Virus record (IMG/VR): IMGVR_UViG_3300031555_010707
Reading direction: 5' to 3' (one strand)
DNA from: a virus
Taxonomy: Duplodnaviria > Heunggongvirae > Uroviricota > Caudoviricetes
Length of the DNA stretch: 16,199 bases
A model generated the notes under the pieces. The model was not told the origin of the DNA and ran no database searches. It was given only the letters and a program-made list of their open reading frames with translations. Position numbers and translations under genes: made by a program. Below are positions 1-7,035 of the stretch, piece by piece (positions within the stretch are counted from its first letter, which is position 1; each line of letters starts with the position of its first letter).

Positions 1-159
1 TTATCGATGCTTGCTTCGTTTTTCATCGTATTTCTCATAGATGGTTAGAACAACACAAATGGCCAGCAATAATCCGCATAAGCAAAATGCCCATGGCAAT
101 ACGGCAATTAACCACTCAAGAAACACGACGAGGTAATACATGAACACATTGATATTCAT
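1..159 (-). CDS. Small membrane protein, 52 aa (not in ORF track)
   Basis: Manual translation MNINVFMYYLVVFLEWLIAVLPWAFCLCGLLLAICVVLTIYEKYDEKRSKHR*; SD-like AAAGGGGAAG just upstream of ATG at 159; TAA at 1-3; long hydrophobic stretch followed by a basic tail. Confidence 0.7.
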   Translation of the reverse strand: MNINVFMYYLVVFLEWLIAVLPWAFCLCGLLLAICVVLTIYEKYDEKRSKHR

Positions 160-178
160 GTTGCTTCCCCTTTCAGCC

Positions 179-622
179 TTATTTTTTAAGGCTATTCAGT
201 ATGACTTCGTGAACTGACACATAGTACATTCCGGGCTTGTAATCAGCGTATGGCACTTTTCTTTTCTGGTGGTAGATTTTTACATTGCTGCCATCATCAA
301 TGGTGTACCAGTGATACTTGACATTTGAATACCTGGGATTATTTATCCTATATTCTTGCCCAGGTGCAACAACATATGCTTTTGCATTTGCTTGTTCCTT
401 GTTGAATTCAATAAACGCTCCGTAATCACCGACCACGATCCTAACAAAACCATTTGATACTGTAGTTCCTTTAGATGTCTGTAGTTCTTTGTCTGTGCTG
501 CCAAGCAAACAGGAAGGAATATTATTTTTGAAATATTCCCTGTACTTCTTTGACAAATCTTTCGGCAAAGGACTATATCCATATCTTTGTGCCAGTTTTG
601 CCTCAATTCCCAGAGTATTCAT
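179..622 (-). CDS. Hypothetical protein, 147 aa
   Basis: ORF 179..646 in the track; likely start ATG 622 (MNTLGIEAK) overlaps the MTase stop as ATGA, with GAGG upstream. Aromatic-rich globular sequence, no family recognised. Confidence 0.8.
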   Translation of the reverse strand: MNTLGIEAKLAQRYGYSPLPKDLSKKYREYFKNNIPSCLLGSTDKELQTSKGTTVSNGFVRIVVGDYGAFIEFNKEQANAKAYVVAPGQEYRINNPRYSNVKYHWYTIDDGSNVKIYHQKRKVPYADYKPGMYYVSVHEVILNSLKK

Positions 623-2166
623 GCTGCAACCTCTTCTGCGGTGCATATCTCAGGCAGATTCGCACGAACCAGTGCCGCAGGAATTGGAGGACACACTGCA
701 TTGCCACAACGCGCCACTTGTTCACCACGAGGATATGCTTTTCCGTCTGCATCCACATCAATTATGTAGTCGGATGGGAACCCCTGAGCATTAAAGAGCT
801 CACGAGGCGTCAGCATCCGCAGTCCAATGTCAACAATCTGGTAGTCTACACCCTTAACCGTGACAAGAGCCATTCTATCTTTTGCTGTGATGGTCGGTGC
901 AGGCTCACTTACATCGGAGCCGCTTGTACCAGAGCCATAATACTTTGTAAGGAAAGCCCTGACTTCTCCGAAATGACCGAATCCTGCGGTGATTGTATTG
1001 AGCGGTTCTTCAAGAGTCTGGCCATCACAATGATTATTGAACTGCGTAATAAAAGCCGATGCCAATCCATATCGATTTGAAGCATCGACCGTCATCAAAG
1101 GCTTGTCCACTGCTTGTCCGCGCACATTCTCGGTTTGCTCCGAGTGATATTGAATCAGGCTTGGAGCAATCATCATGTGATGACCACCTGTGGTAATAGT
1201 ATTGGCTGGCTCAGTAGGCGAAGAACCTGCGGCATTCTCATTATTACACATCATGACAGGAGTGACAATTCCCATGCCATGCTTTGCAGTAATGGTATCC
1301 AATGGCTCAGAAACATCTTGTCCCCTGAAACCCTCTCCGCTATGATTCACTTGCACAATAAACGGCGTTGGGTTATCCAATACGAATTTCTGGATTCCTT
1401 TGGCGATGCGCCGCATCGTATTTTCTGAAAGTGGCCTGACGGCACGAACGCCGTACTGTTCCATGATTTCCTCGCTTGAAGAAAAGATGGAAGGACACGG
1501 AAGGTTGAAGTCAAGGATTTCTGAAACAGGAACCCACGGCAACTTGCTTCCATTCTTCACTTCATCAGAGTCTGCCGGCGCATGAGTTGGCTCAGGCCAA
1601 ATAATTGGTTTGCCATCGCATCTGGCAATCAAAAAGAACCTTTTACGGATTGTTGGAGCGCCATAGTCGCAAGCTCGAAGAATCCTGTGTTCTACATGAT
1701 ACCCGAGGGTTTCAAGAGAAACAATGAATTCCTGGAAGGTTTCTCCCTTATGTTCTTTATCAGGACGATTCTCTTCATTGAGCGGCCCCCAATCCATAAA
1801 CTCCTCGACGTTTTCAAGCATGATAACGCGAGGGTGAACTTCCTGAGCCCATCTTGTCGCTACCCATGCAAGCCCTCGAATATTCTTATCTACTGGCTTA
1901 CCGCCCTTTGCCTTACTGTGGTGCTTGCAATCAGGACTGAACCAAGCCAATGCAACAGGCCTTCCCGCGCACGCTTCCACCGGATCAACCTGCCAGACAT
2001 CCTCACAATAATGCTTCGTCGTAGGATGATTTGCTCTGTGCATAGCAATGGCGGCAGGATCGTGATTGATGGCAATATCTACACTACGTCCAATTGCCAT
2101 TTCAATACCTGTACTGGCTCCTCCGCCTCCAGCGAAGTTGTCAACAACGATTTCCCTTTTCTTCAT
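619..2166 (-). CDS. DNA (cytosine-5)-methyltransferase, orphan phage type, 515 aa
   Basis: Motif I DNFAGGGG, motif IV variant SPDC, motif VI ENV, motif VIII PTIRKRFF, motif IX RMLTPRE, motif X GNAVCPP; ATGA overlap with the upstream gene. No cognate endonuclease in the window. Confidence 0.95.
   Translation of the reverse strand: MKKREIVVDNFAGGGGASTGIEMAIGRSVDIAINHDPAAIAMHRANHPTTKHYCEDVWQVDPVEACAGRPVALAWFSPDCKHHSKAKGGKPVDKNIRGLAWVATRWAQEVHPRVIMLENVEEFMDWGPLNEENRPDKEHKGETFQEFIVSLETLGYHVEHRILRACDYGAPTIRKRFFLIARCDGKPIIWPEPTHAPADSDEVKNGSKLPWVPVSEILDFNLPCPSIFSSSEEIMEQYGVRAVRPLSENTMRRIAKGIQKFVLDNPTPFIVQVNHSGEGFRGQDVSEPLDTITAKHGMGIVTPVMMCNNENAAGSSPTEPANTITTGGHHMMIAPSLIQYHSEQTENVRGQAVDKPLMTVDASNRYGLASAFITQFNNHCDGQTLEEPLNTITAGFGHFGEVRAFLTKYYGSGTSGSDVSEPAPTITAKDRMALVTVKGVDYQIVDIGLRMLTPRELFNAQGFPSDYIIDVDADGKAYPRGEQVARCGNAVCPPIPAALVRANLPEICTAEEVAA
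859..1365 (-). repeat. Five tandem 32-36 aa repeats in the MTase variable (target recognition) region
   Basis: aa ~268-436: GQDVSEPLDTITAK, GSSPTEPANTITTG, GQAVDKPLMTVDAS, GQTLEEPLNTITAG, GSDVSEPAPTITAK. Confidence 0.75.
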
Positions 2167-3275
2167 GATAATCCCTCTTGCTGGTATTTCATATCAAAAT
2201 ATCTGGATGCCAATTCAGGCATCTCTTTTTCAAAAGCGCGTAGTCGCTTCATGGACGCGCATTCCTTCTTATATCGCTCCTGGTCTTTATGAACAAATTC
2301 CCGGAAGCTCTTTTTCTTAAAAAAAGACGGCTGATTGCACCATCTGGCAATCACCGTATACATTCCGCTATATGGACTTTCCTCGTATCGTGCGAATCTC
2401 ATTATGTATGGCAAGCATTGATATTTCATCAGAAGTTCAATTCGCTTCCACAAATCCCGCATGTCCTGTTTCCAGAAATCAGTATCCCATTTGCCTTGTC
2501 TATCATAAGCACAGAATACATAAAACTTAGGAATCCGGCTTGTATGTCTACGCAACAACTGTAGTTTTTTCTCTACTATGTCGTAGTCCTCGATGTTATC
2601 GAATGCAAAAATATAGTCTCCATCATACCGACTTGTAAAAAGGAGTTCGCATTTTTCGTCGTTGAGTAACCTTTCATCAAGCCCTTGCTTAAACTGAAAA
2701 GGTTTTCCCGTGGCCTGCAGTTGCAGGAGCAACGTTTTCCAATCCTTGCACCCAAGGAAATTATCGTCAAGAAGACATATCTTTGGACGTGAAGGATCAA
2801 CAAATTCTTCAAGCGAACTATGAACATCCACTTTATCATAATTCCTGTTTACGCAAAAAGGACATTTTCTGAAGCATCCGCGAGTGATAAATCCTATCGA
2901 ATAATCCGTATAGTATCGATAGTCATGAGGGTTATCCCCAGCAGCTATTCTTCTTGTTACCCATTCATCATACAGGTGGTAATCTGGAAATGCGTGTTCA
3001 ATTTCAGAAGGCAGAGGACGGGCTTTATCATAGTAAAACCCGGTTCCTCCGCACTGAATATGAGGATGATTCAATACATGCGCCGGAACTTCCGTATCCG
3101 AAAATACTTTTGATATGTACACGCGATCATAATCCAAGACGCTATCGTAATCAGTCAGCAGTTGAACATAATCGCCACGAACTTTATGATAGGAACTTAG
3201 CTTCATACATGCCAAATTCGGAAACATATGCCTGAAACGCCCAATTAAATCAGCGTCTGCGATTCCGATTTTCAT
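2163..3275 (-). CDS. Radical SAM protein, 370 aa
   Basis: CxxxCxxC motif GCFRKCPFC, downstream LLDDNFL and QGLDERL; N-terminal PNLACMKLSSYHK...GGTG domain. Start ATG 3275 (MKIGIAD) overlaps the folD stop as ATGA. Confidence 0.85.
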   Translation of the reverse strand: MKIGIADADLIGRFRHMFPNLACMKLSSYHKVRGDYVQLLTDYDSVLDYDRVYISKVFSDTEVPAHVLNHPHIQCGGTGFYYDKARPLPSEIEHAFPDYHLYDEWVTRRIAAGDNPHDYRYYTDYSIGFITRGCFRKCPFCVNRNYDKVDVHSSLEEFVDPSRPKICLLDDNFLGCKDWKTLLLQLQATGKPFQFKQGLDERLLNDEKCELLFTSRYDGDYIFAFDNIEDYDIVEKKLQLLRRHTSRIPKFYVFCAYDRQGKWDTDFWKQDMRDLWKRIELLMKYQCLPYIMRFARYEESPYSGMYTVIARWCNQPSFFKKKSFREFVHKDQERYKKECASMKRLRAFEKEMPELASRYFDMKYQQEGLS

Positions 3276-4156
3276 TCGGAAGATTTCCATGAAGACGCTT
3301 CATAAACGCTCCATTCAACTTGAGCAAGCTCGACAACATTGCGAACCAGATTTGCAACAGTAAGCACTCCGATTCCACCGGGGACGGTTGTGATAGCTCC
3401 AGCAACTTTCTCAACTTCATCAAATGCTACATCACCCACAACCTTTCCATTGTCCAGGCGGTTGATGCCTACATCGATAACTGTTGCTCCCGGCTTAACC
3501 ATATCTGCGGTTACAAAGCCCGCCTTACCAACTGCACTTACAAGGATGTCAGCCTGTCTTGTAATGTCGGCTAAGTTCTTGGTGCGTGAATGGCAAACAG
3601 TTACAGTGCAATCCCTTGAAAGAAGATTTAGAGCCGTTGGCTTACCAACAATAGAAGAACGACCGATGATAACAACATGCTCGCCGCTGAGCGAACATTT
3701 GCCGTATGCGCTGACAAGAGCATCCTCAATACCACGAGCGGTGCAAGGTACTGGGTAGAAAGGTTCACCAAGCATCAGCCAGCCCTGAGAACTTGCGGTT
3801 ATGCCGTCCACATCCTTATCAGGATGAATGTATTGAGGACAGTCCTTCAAATGTTCAGGTAGCGGACACTGAACCATTACGGCATGAACAGAGGAATTTG
3901 CATTCAAATCGAGAATATGCTTTCTGAGCTCCGCTCTGGAAATCGTAGCCGGAAAATGTTGATGCAGAAATTGTATTCCGCATTGCTCGCACGCCTTTTG
4001 CTTATTGCGAATGTAGATATTGCTGGCAGGATCATCACCTACCTGAATAACGACAATAGTTGGAATACAACCATGAGAACGAAGGACTGAGGCGGTAATG
4101 CGTGCTTCCTCTTTGATAGTAGACGCAATTGCCTTGCAGTCAATGATGTTAGCCAT
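3272..4156 (-). CDS. folD: Bifunctional methylenetetrahydrofolate dehydrogenase/cyclohydrolase, 294 aa
   Basis: QVGDDPASNIYIRNK (YxxxK), QCPLP, KDVDG, PCTARG, GRSSIVGKP, VTVCHSRT, VIDVGIN, VPGGIG; TGATG overlap with dUTPase. Confidence 0.95.
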   Translation of the reverse strand: MANIIDCKAIASTIKEEARITASVLRSHGCIPTIVVIQVGDDPASNIYIRNKQKACEQCGIQFLHQHFPATISRAELRKHILDLNANSSVHAVMVQCPLPEHLKDCPQYIHPDKDVDGITASSQGWLMLGEPFYPVPCTARGIEDALVSAYGKCSLSGEHVVIIGRSSIVGKPTALNLLSRDCTVTVCHSRTKNLADITRQADILVSAVGKAGFVTADMVKPGATVIDVGINRLDNGKVVGDVAFDEVEKVAGAITTVPGGIGVLTVANLVRNVVELAQVEWSVYEASSWKSSE

Positions 4157-4584
4157 CACTTCACCCCCGTAGAACCAAATCCTCCGCGATCCACATCTTC
4201 CATGTGCTCAACGGTTTTGAAGCTAACAGCATCCATCTTCTTGACAATTCTGAACTGGCAAATGCGGTCGCCTTCCTCAATGACGGTATCGCGCATTGCG
4301 AGCGCAGGGAAACGCCAGATGTCATTCTCACCGCAGTAAGAGTTATCGATGACGCCCATGCTGTTGGTCTGGAGAACACCCCACTTCTTGAAAGTAGAAC
4401 TGCGCGGCACAACATGCGCCTCATAGCCTTCGGGGAGCTTCATGGAGATGCCCAGAGAGATGAGTTTGAAATCTCCCGCCATCATTGAAACAGTTTCCGC
4501 AGCGCGAAGGTCAATCCAGTCGCCATTCTCGATGGCAGTTACCTTTTCCAGATTCTTGTTATGATACTTGATTTTGATTGTCAT
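4156..4584 (-). CDS. dut: Trimeric dUTPase, 142 aa
   Basis: Motifs [31 protein letters not shown]; SD GGAGG upstream of ATG 4584; ATGA overlap. Confidence 0.95.
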   Translation of the reverse strand: MTIKIKYHNKNLEKVTAIENGDWIDLRAAETVSMMAGDFKLISLGISMKLPEGYEAHVVPRSSTFKKWGVLQTNSMGVIDNSYCGENDIWRFPALAMRDTVIEEGDRICQFRIVKKMDAVSFKTVEHMEDVDRGGFGSTGVK

Positions 4585-4853
4585 GAATGAGCCTCCAGTT
4601 TGATACACATATTCTCCCACTTCTTATAAGCATCGAGGTACACTTCATTCTTATCGCCGTTGAAAGTGATCTCGTAATACATACCGTCAGCAATTCTGGT
4701 GCTGAGAAGCGCCTTATTGTTTTGCAGAGTCTTGCAAGACCAGACGATAAAAATATCGCTGACAGTGATTCTGGGATCAGTGGCATCCCTGTGTGTGTTA
4801 TAATAATCCTCTACCAGCCGAAAGCAGAGGTCATGAAAATCCTTACTGCCCAT
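4581..4853 (-). CDS. Phage hypothetical protein, DUF6275-like, 90 aa
   Basis: [16 protein letters not shown]...[26 protein letters not shown] resembles DUF6275 proteins (recognised from memory, no search run); strong SD AAGGAGG before ATG 4853. Confidence 0.75.
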   Translation of the reverse strand: MGSKDFHDLCFRLVEDYYNTHRDATDPRITVSDIFIVWSCKTLQNNKALLSTRIADGMYYEITFNGDKNEVYLDAYKKWENMCIKLEAHS

Positions 4854-4866
4854 TGATGGTTCCTCC

Positions 4867-5499
4867 TTAAGATTCACTGTGACGAGAAATCCATGAAGAC
4901 GTATGAGGATTCCATACAGCAGTGTCCCCATACGGGTATTCTCGTCTCAATTCATAGGTGTGCTGAGGTTCAGCCTTTTGCTTTTCCTCAAAAATGATAA
5001 GAGCCCTTTCTTCATTGGAAAAGGCTGCTTCAAAACCGCGATGCTTGCTTCTAATAACAAACTGAGGTTTGTTCATTGCCGTTAGTTCTGAGCGAAGTCC
5101 CATCAGAATGACACCGAGATGGTTTTCTCCCTTCTTCTTTCGCGTATCAACGCCCCAATATGTATCACCCCATGTATTGCCTTCGATCAATTCTGCGTCG
5201 CCGGTAGCAACAAGTTTCTTGGCCAGGTGTACATTCTGGACAAATTTTGCCCGGACAATTTCCTCCATGATTCTGAGCTTGACTTGTTCCCAGTCAGGGC
5301 GGAGTTTAACAAGCTGACCATGATGCTTTGCCTCTGAGGCAGAATGTTCTTGGAAAGACAGCGCTTCCTCTGCAGAAAGACATTTCATAGCCTGATATGC
5401 CGCCTCAGAGTTTTTGAATGTCATTCCATTGTAGTAAACTTTGCAGTCATAGAAGTTGCTGAGGAATCCATATTCCCCGCGAAAACTATCGATAGTCAT
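4867..5499 (-). CDS. NADAR (YbiA-like) family protein with ~70 aa C-terminal extra domain, 210 aa
   Basis: FLSNFY, SEAAYQAMK, LRPDWEQVK...M...AKF, TGDAELIEGNTWGDTYWG, GENHLGVILM; SD GGAGG before ATG 5499. Confidence 0.9.
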   Translation of the reverse strand: MTIDSFRGEYGFLSNFYDCKVYYNGMTFKNSEAAYQAMKCLSAEEALSFQEHSASEAKHHGQLVKLRPDWEQVKLRIMEEIVRAKFVQNVHLAKKLVATGDAELIEGNTWGDTYWGVDTRKKKGENHLGVILMGLRSELTAMNKPQFVIRSKHRGFEAAFSNEERALIIFEEKQKAEPQHTYELRREYPYGDTAVWNPHTSSWISRHSES

Positions 5500-5680
5500 T
5501 CTGACGCCTCCAAGTTGAGTTTTTTGCTTTTGTAAACATGGTGGTTGGTGCATGATAAAGCCTGTCGTCATCAGTCCTTATCATCGTCTGCTGGGCACAT
5601 GCAGTAGGATAATACTGTTTTACCACTACGCCTTTTACCCCAGTAGTGCAAACTACTCTATCTCCGATATGAATATCCAT
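5486..5680 (-). CDS. Small hypothetical protein, 64 aa, possible SH3/KOW-like barrel
   Basis: Track ORF 5486..5686; SD GAGGTG fits ATG 5680 (MDIHIGDRVVCTTGVKGVVVK). Confidence 0.7.
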   Translation of the reverse strand: MDIHIGDRVVCTTGVKGVVVKQYYPTACAQQTMIRTDDDRLYHAPTTMFTKAKNSTWRRQNDYR

Positions 5681-5695
5681 TAACATGCACCTCGG

Positions 5696-5836
5696 TTAAA
5701 TATCCCATGGGTCACAGTTGTCACAATCTGGATCGGCATTATTATACCGGCAAAGAGTACAGCAAAACCTTGCCTCCCATCCATCACAACGATCCCTATC
5801 GCAACAGGAATCACAAGGGTAATCGTCATCGAACAT
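5696..5836 (-). CDS. Cys/Asp-rich peptide, 46 aa (not in ORF track)
   Basis: Manual translation MFDDDYPCDSCCDRDRCDGWEARFCCTLCRYNNADPDCDNCDPWDI*; SD GGAGG at 5845-5849; exactly fills the gap between neighbours. Confidence 0.7.
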   Translation of the reverse strand: MFDDDYPCDSCCDRDRCDGWEARFCCTLCRYNNADPDCDNCDPWDI

Positions 5837-5851
5837 AATATTGCCTCCGCA

Positions 5852-6361
5852 TCATAGCCTTGTCCATCGATATATTCTCACAATCGGAGAATCCTGGAGA
5901 TTAACGCAAAGCAGGACATCTCCTCTTGAGTGCATTGTGCCATGAAGCCCAATGAGAGAATCTCCGAAATCAATACAATCAACAATTTCTACGAGTTCAA
6001 GAATTGTGCGGCTGTCATACTCTGAAGAAATGTATGCCCAGTCTCCTAATGCAACCGAACCCCAATCAACTTCGGTATTTGCAACAATCCTGCCGCCATT
6101 GAATAATCCATAGAAACAACAGGCATTTCCATCGTGGAAGCGCCAAAGCTCTGTTTCGATGCCGGAATTGGGAATAGATAATGTTCCATAATAGATTGCA
6201 TCTTCGCTCATCGGAGCCATGCTCATAATCACGTCGTTATCGCTGCTGCCATTTGTCATTGCAACGGCACCAAGCACTAAAAGAATAGCAACAACGGCAA
6301 CAACGATGCCTTCGATTATGATTCTTCTACTGCTGATAACATGCTCTTCCATTGGTATCAT
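5852..6361 (-). CDS. Membrane-anchored protein, possible degenerate sortase-like fold, ~169 aa
   Basis: N-terminal TM IIIEGIVVAVVAILLVLGAVAM; GTLSIPNSGIETEL, LGDWAYI and DVLLCV...RIYRW echo the sortase strand pattern; ATGA overlap at 6358-6361 (alternative ATG 6352). The CDS is solid; the fold call is weak. Confidence 0.7.
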   Translation of the reverse strand: MIPMEEHVISSRRIIIEGIVVAVVAILLVLGAVAMTNGSSDNDVIMSMAPMSEDAIYYGTLSIPNSGIETELWRFHDGNACCFYGLFNGGRIVANTEVDWGSVALGDWAYISSEYDSRTILELVEIVDCIDFGDSLIGLHGTMHSRGDVLLCVNLQDSPIVRIYRWTRL

Positions 6362-7035
6362 ACTGCCTCCTTGTATGTATTTAGCATACTCCACCTAAAC
6401 CTTCGGTCGCACGGAACTAACCCTTGTTCTTCAAGGACAAATCGCAGATCGTAATCATGCACCGTATAGCCGCGAGGGTTAAATGATACAGGAGAATCTG
6501 AATCCCATTTCAGCAAAATTCCCCAAAGATCAGGATAATTTCTGCGAAGCAGTCTCAGTTGCTCTATGCTCTGATTATGACAAAACCAGCAGCCTCCGCG
6601 TGTAGCAGTCGTATAGATAGGCGAAAGCAAATCATTGTCTTCGCACCACTTACGGCAATCTGCTTCAGTCCAGCCAAGGGCGGCCAGAGGAGAAACTTTT
6701 GTCTTGCCGTCCAGCCGAGCCAACCTCTCAGGTTCATCGGCGGCTATGCCTAAATAGCTTACGACAATATTTTTATCCGCCCCTTGCCGCTTGGGGCTAT
6801 TCAAAAAGTCGATAGTGCCGCCATTTTCAGTCGGTCGTTGCACCAAGCACCCCGTATCATCGGGAACCCGTATATTTGATCCTTGCGAGTTCCCGATGTG
6901 CGAGCTTTGTAGAACACGCTCTCGTAAGTTAATCTTGCTTCCGTATTTGAGCTTCTTGCACCATGCTCCTCGCACCATAGGGAAGCCTCGGATTGAGCCG
7001 ATGAACTTACCTGATGTGAGCGTTTGATAGAACAT
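6358..7035 (-). CDS. PAPS-reductase/DndC-like protein, C-terminal reading frame (cassette 1 in frame plus core C-terminal domain)
   Basis: YLGIAADEPER, SPLAALGWTEADC, PIY, RGGCWFC (Fe-S-type CxxC). The frame is open back into the (AG)11 tract, so it is most likely the continuation of 6801..7298 rather than an independent gene. Confidence 0.8.
   Translation of the reverse strand: MFYQTLTSGKFIGSIRGFPMVRGAWCKKLKYGSKINLRERVLQSSHIGNSQGSNIRVPDDTGCLVQRPTENGGTIDFLNSPKRQGADKNIVVSYLGIAADEPERLARLDGKTKVSPLAALGWTEADCRKWCEDNDLLSPIYTTATRGGCWFCHNQSIEQLRLLRRNYPDLWGILLKWDSDSPVSFNPRGYTVHDYDLRFVLEEQGLVPCDRRFRWSMLNTYKEAV
6779..6822 (-). promoter_or_regulatory. Putative -1 recoding/slippage signal (GGCGG, 10 nt, TTTTT, 5 nt, GCCCC/GGGGC hairpin)
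   Basis: mRNA GGCGG CACUAUCGAC UUUUU GAAUA GCCCC AAGCGGCAA GGGGC; a -1 shift or +1 T here joins cassette 2 to the C-terminal frame. Function is inferred. Confidence 0.35.

Noticed and set aside
550-2292. Plus-strand ORFs of 176, 104 and 236 aa
   Set aside because: Antisense to the well-supported methyltransferase; no independent evidence.
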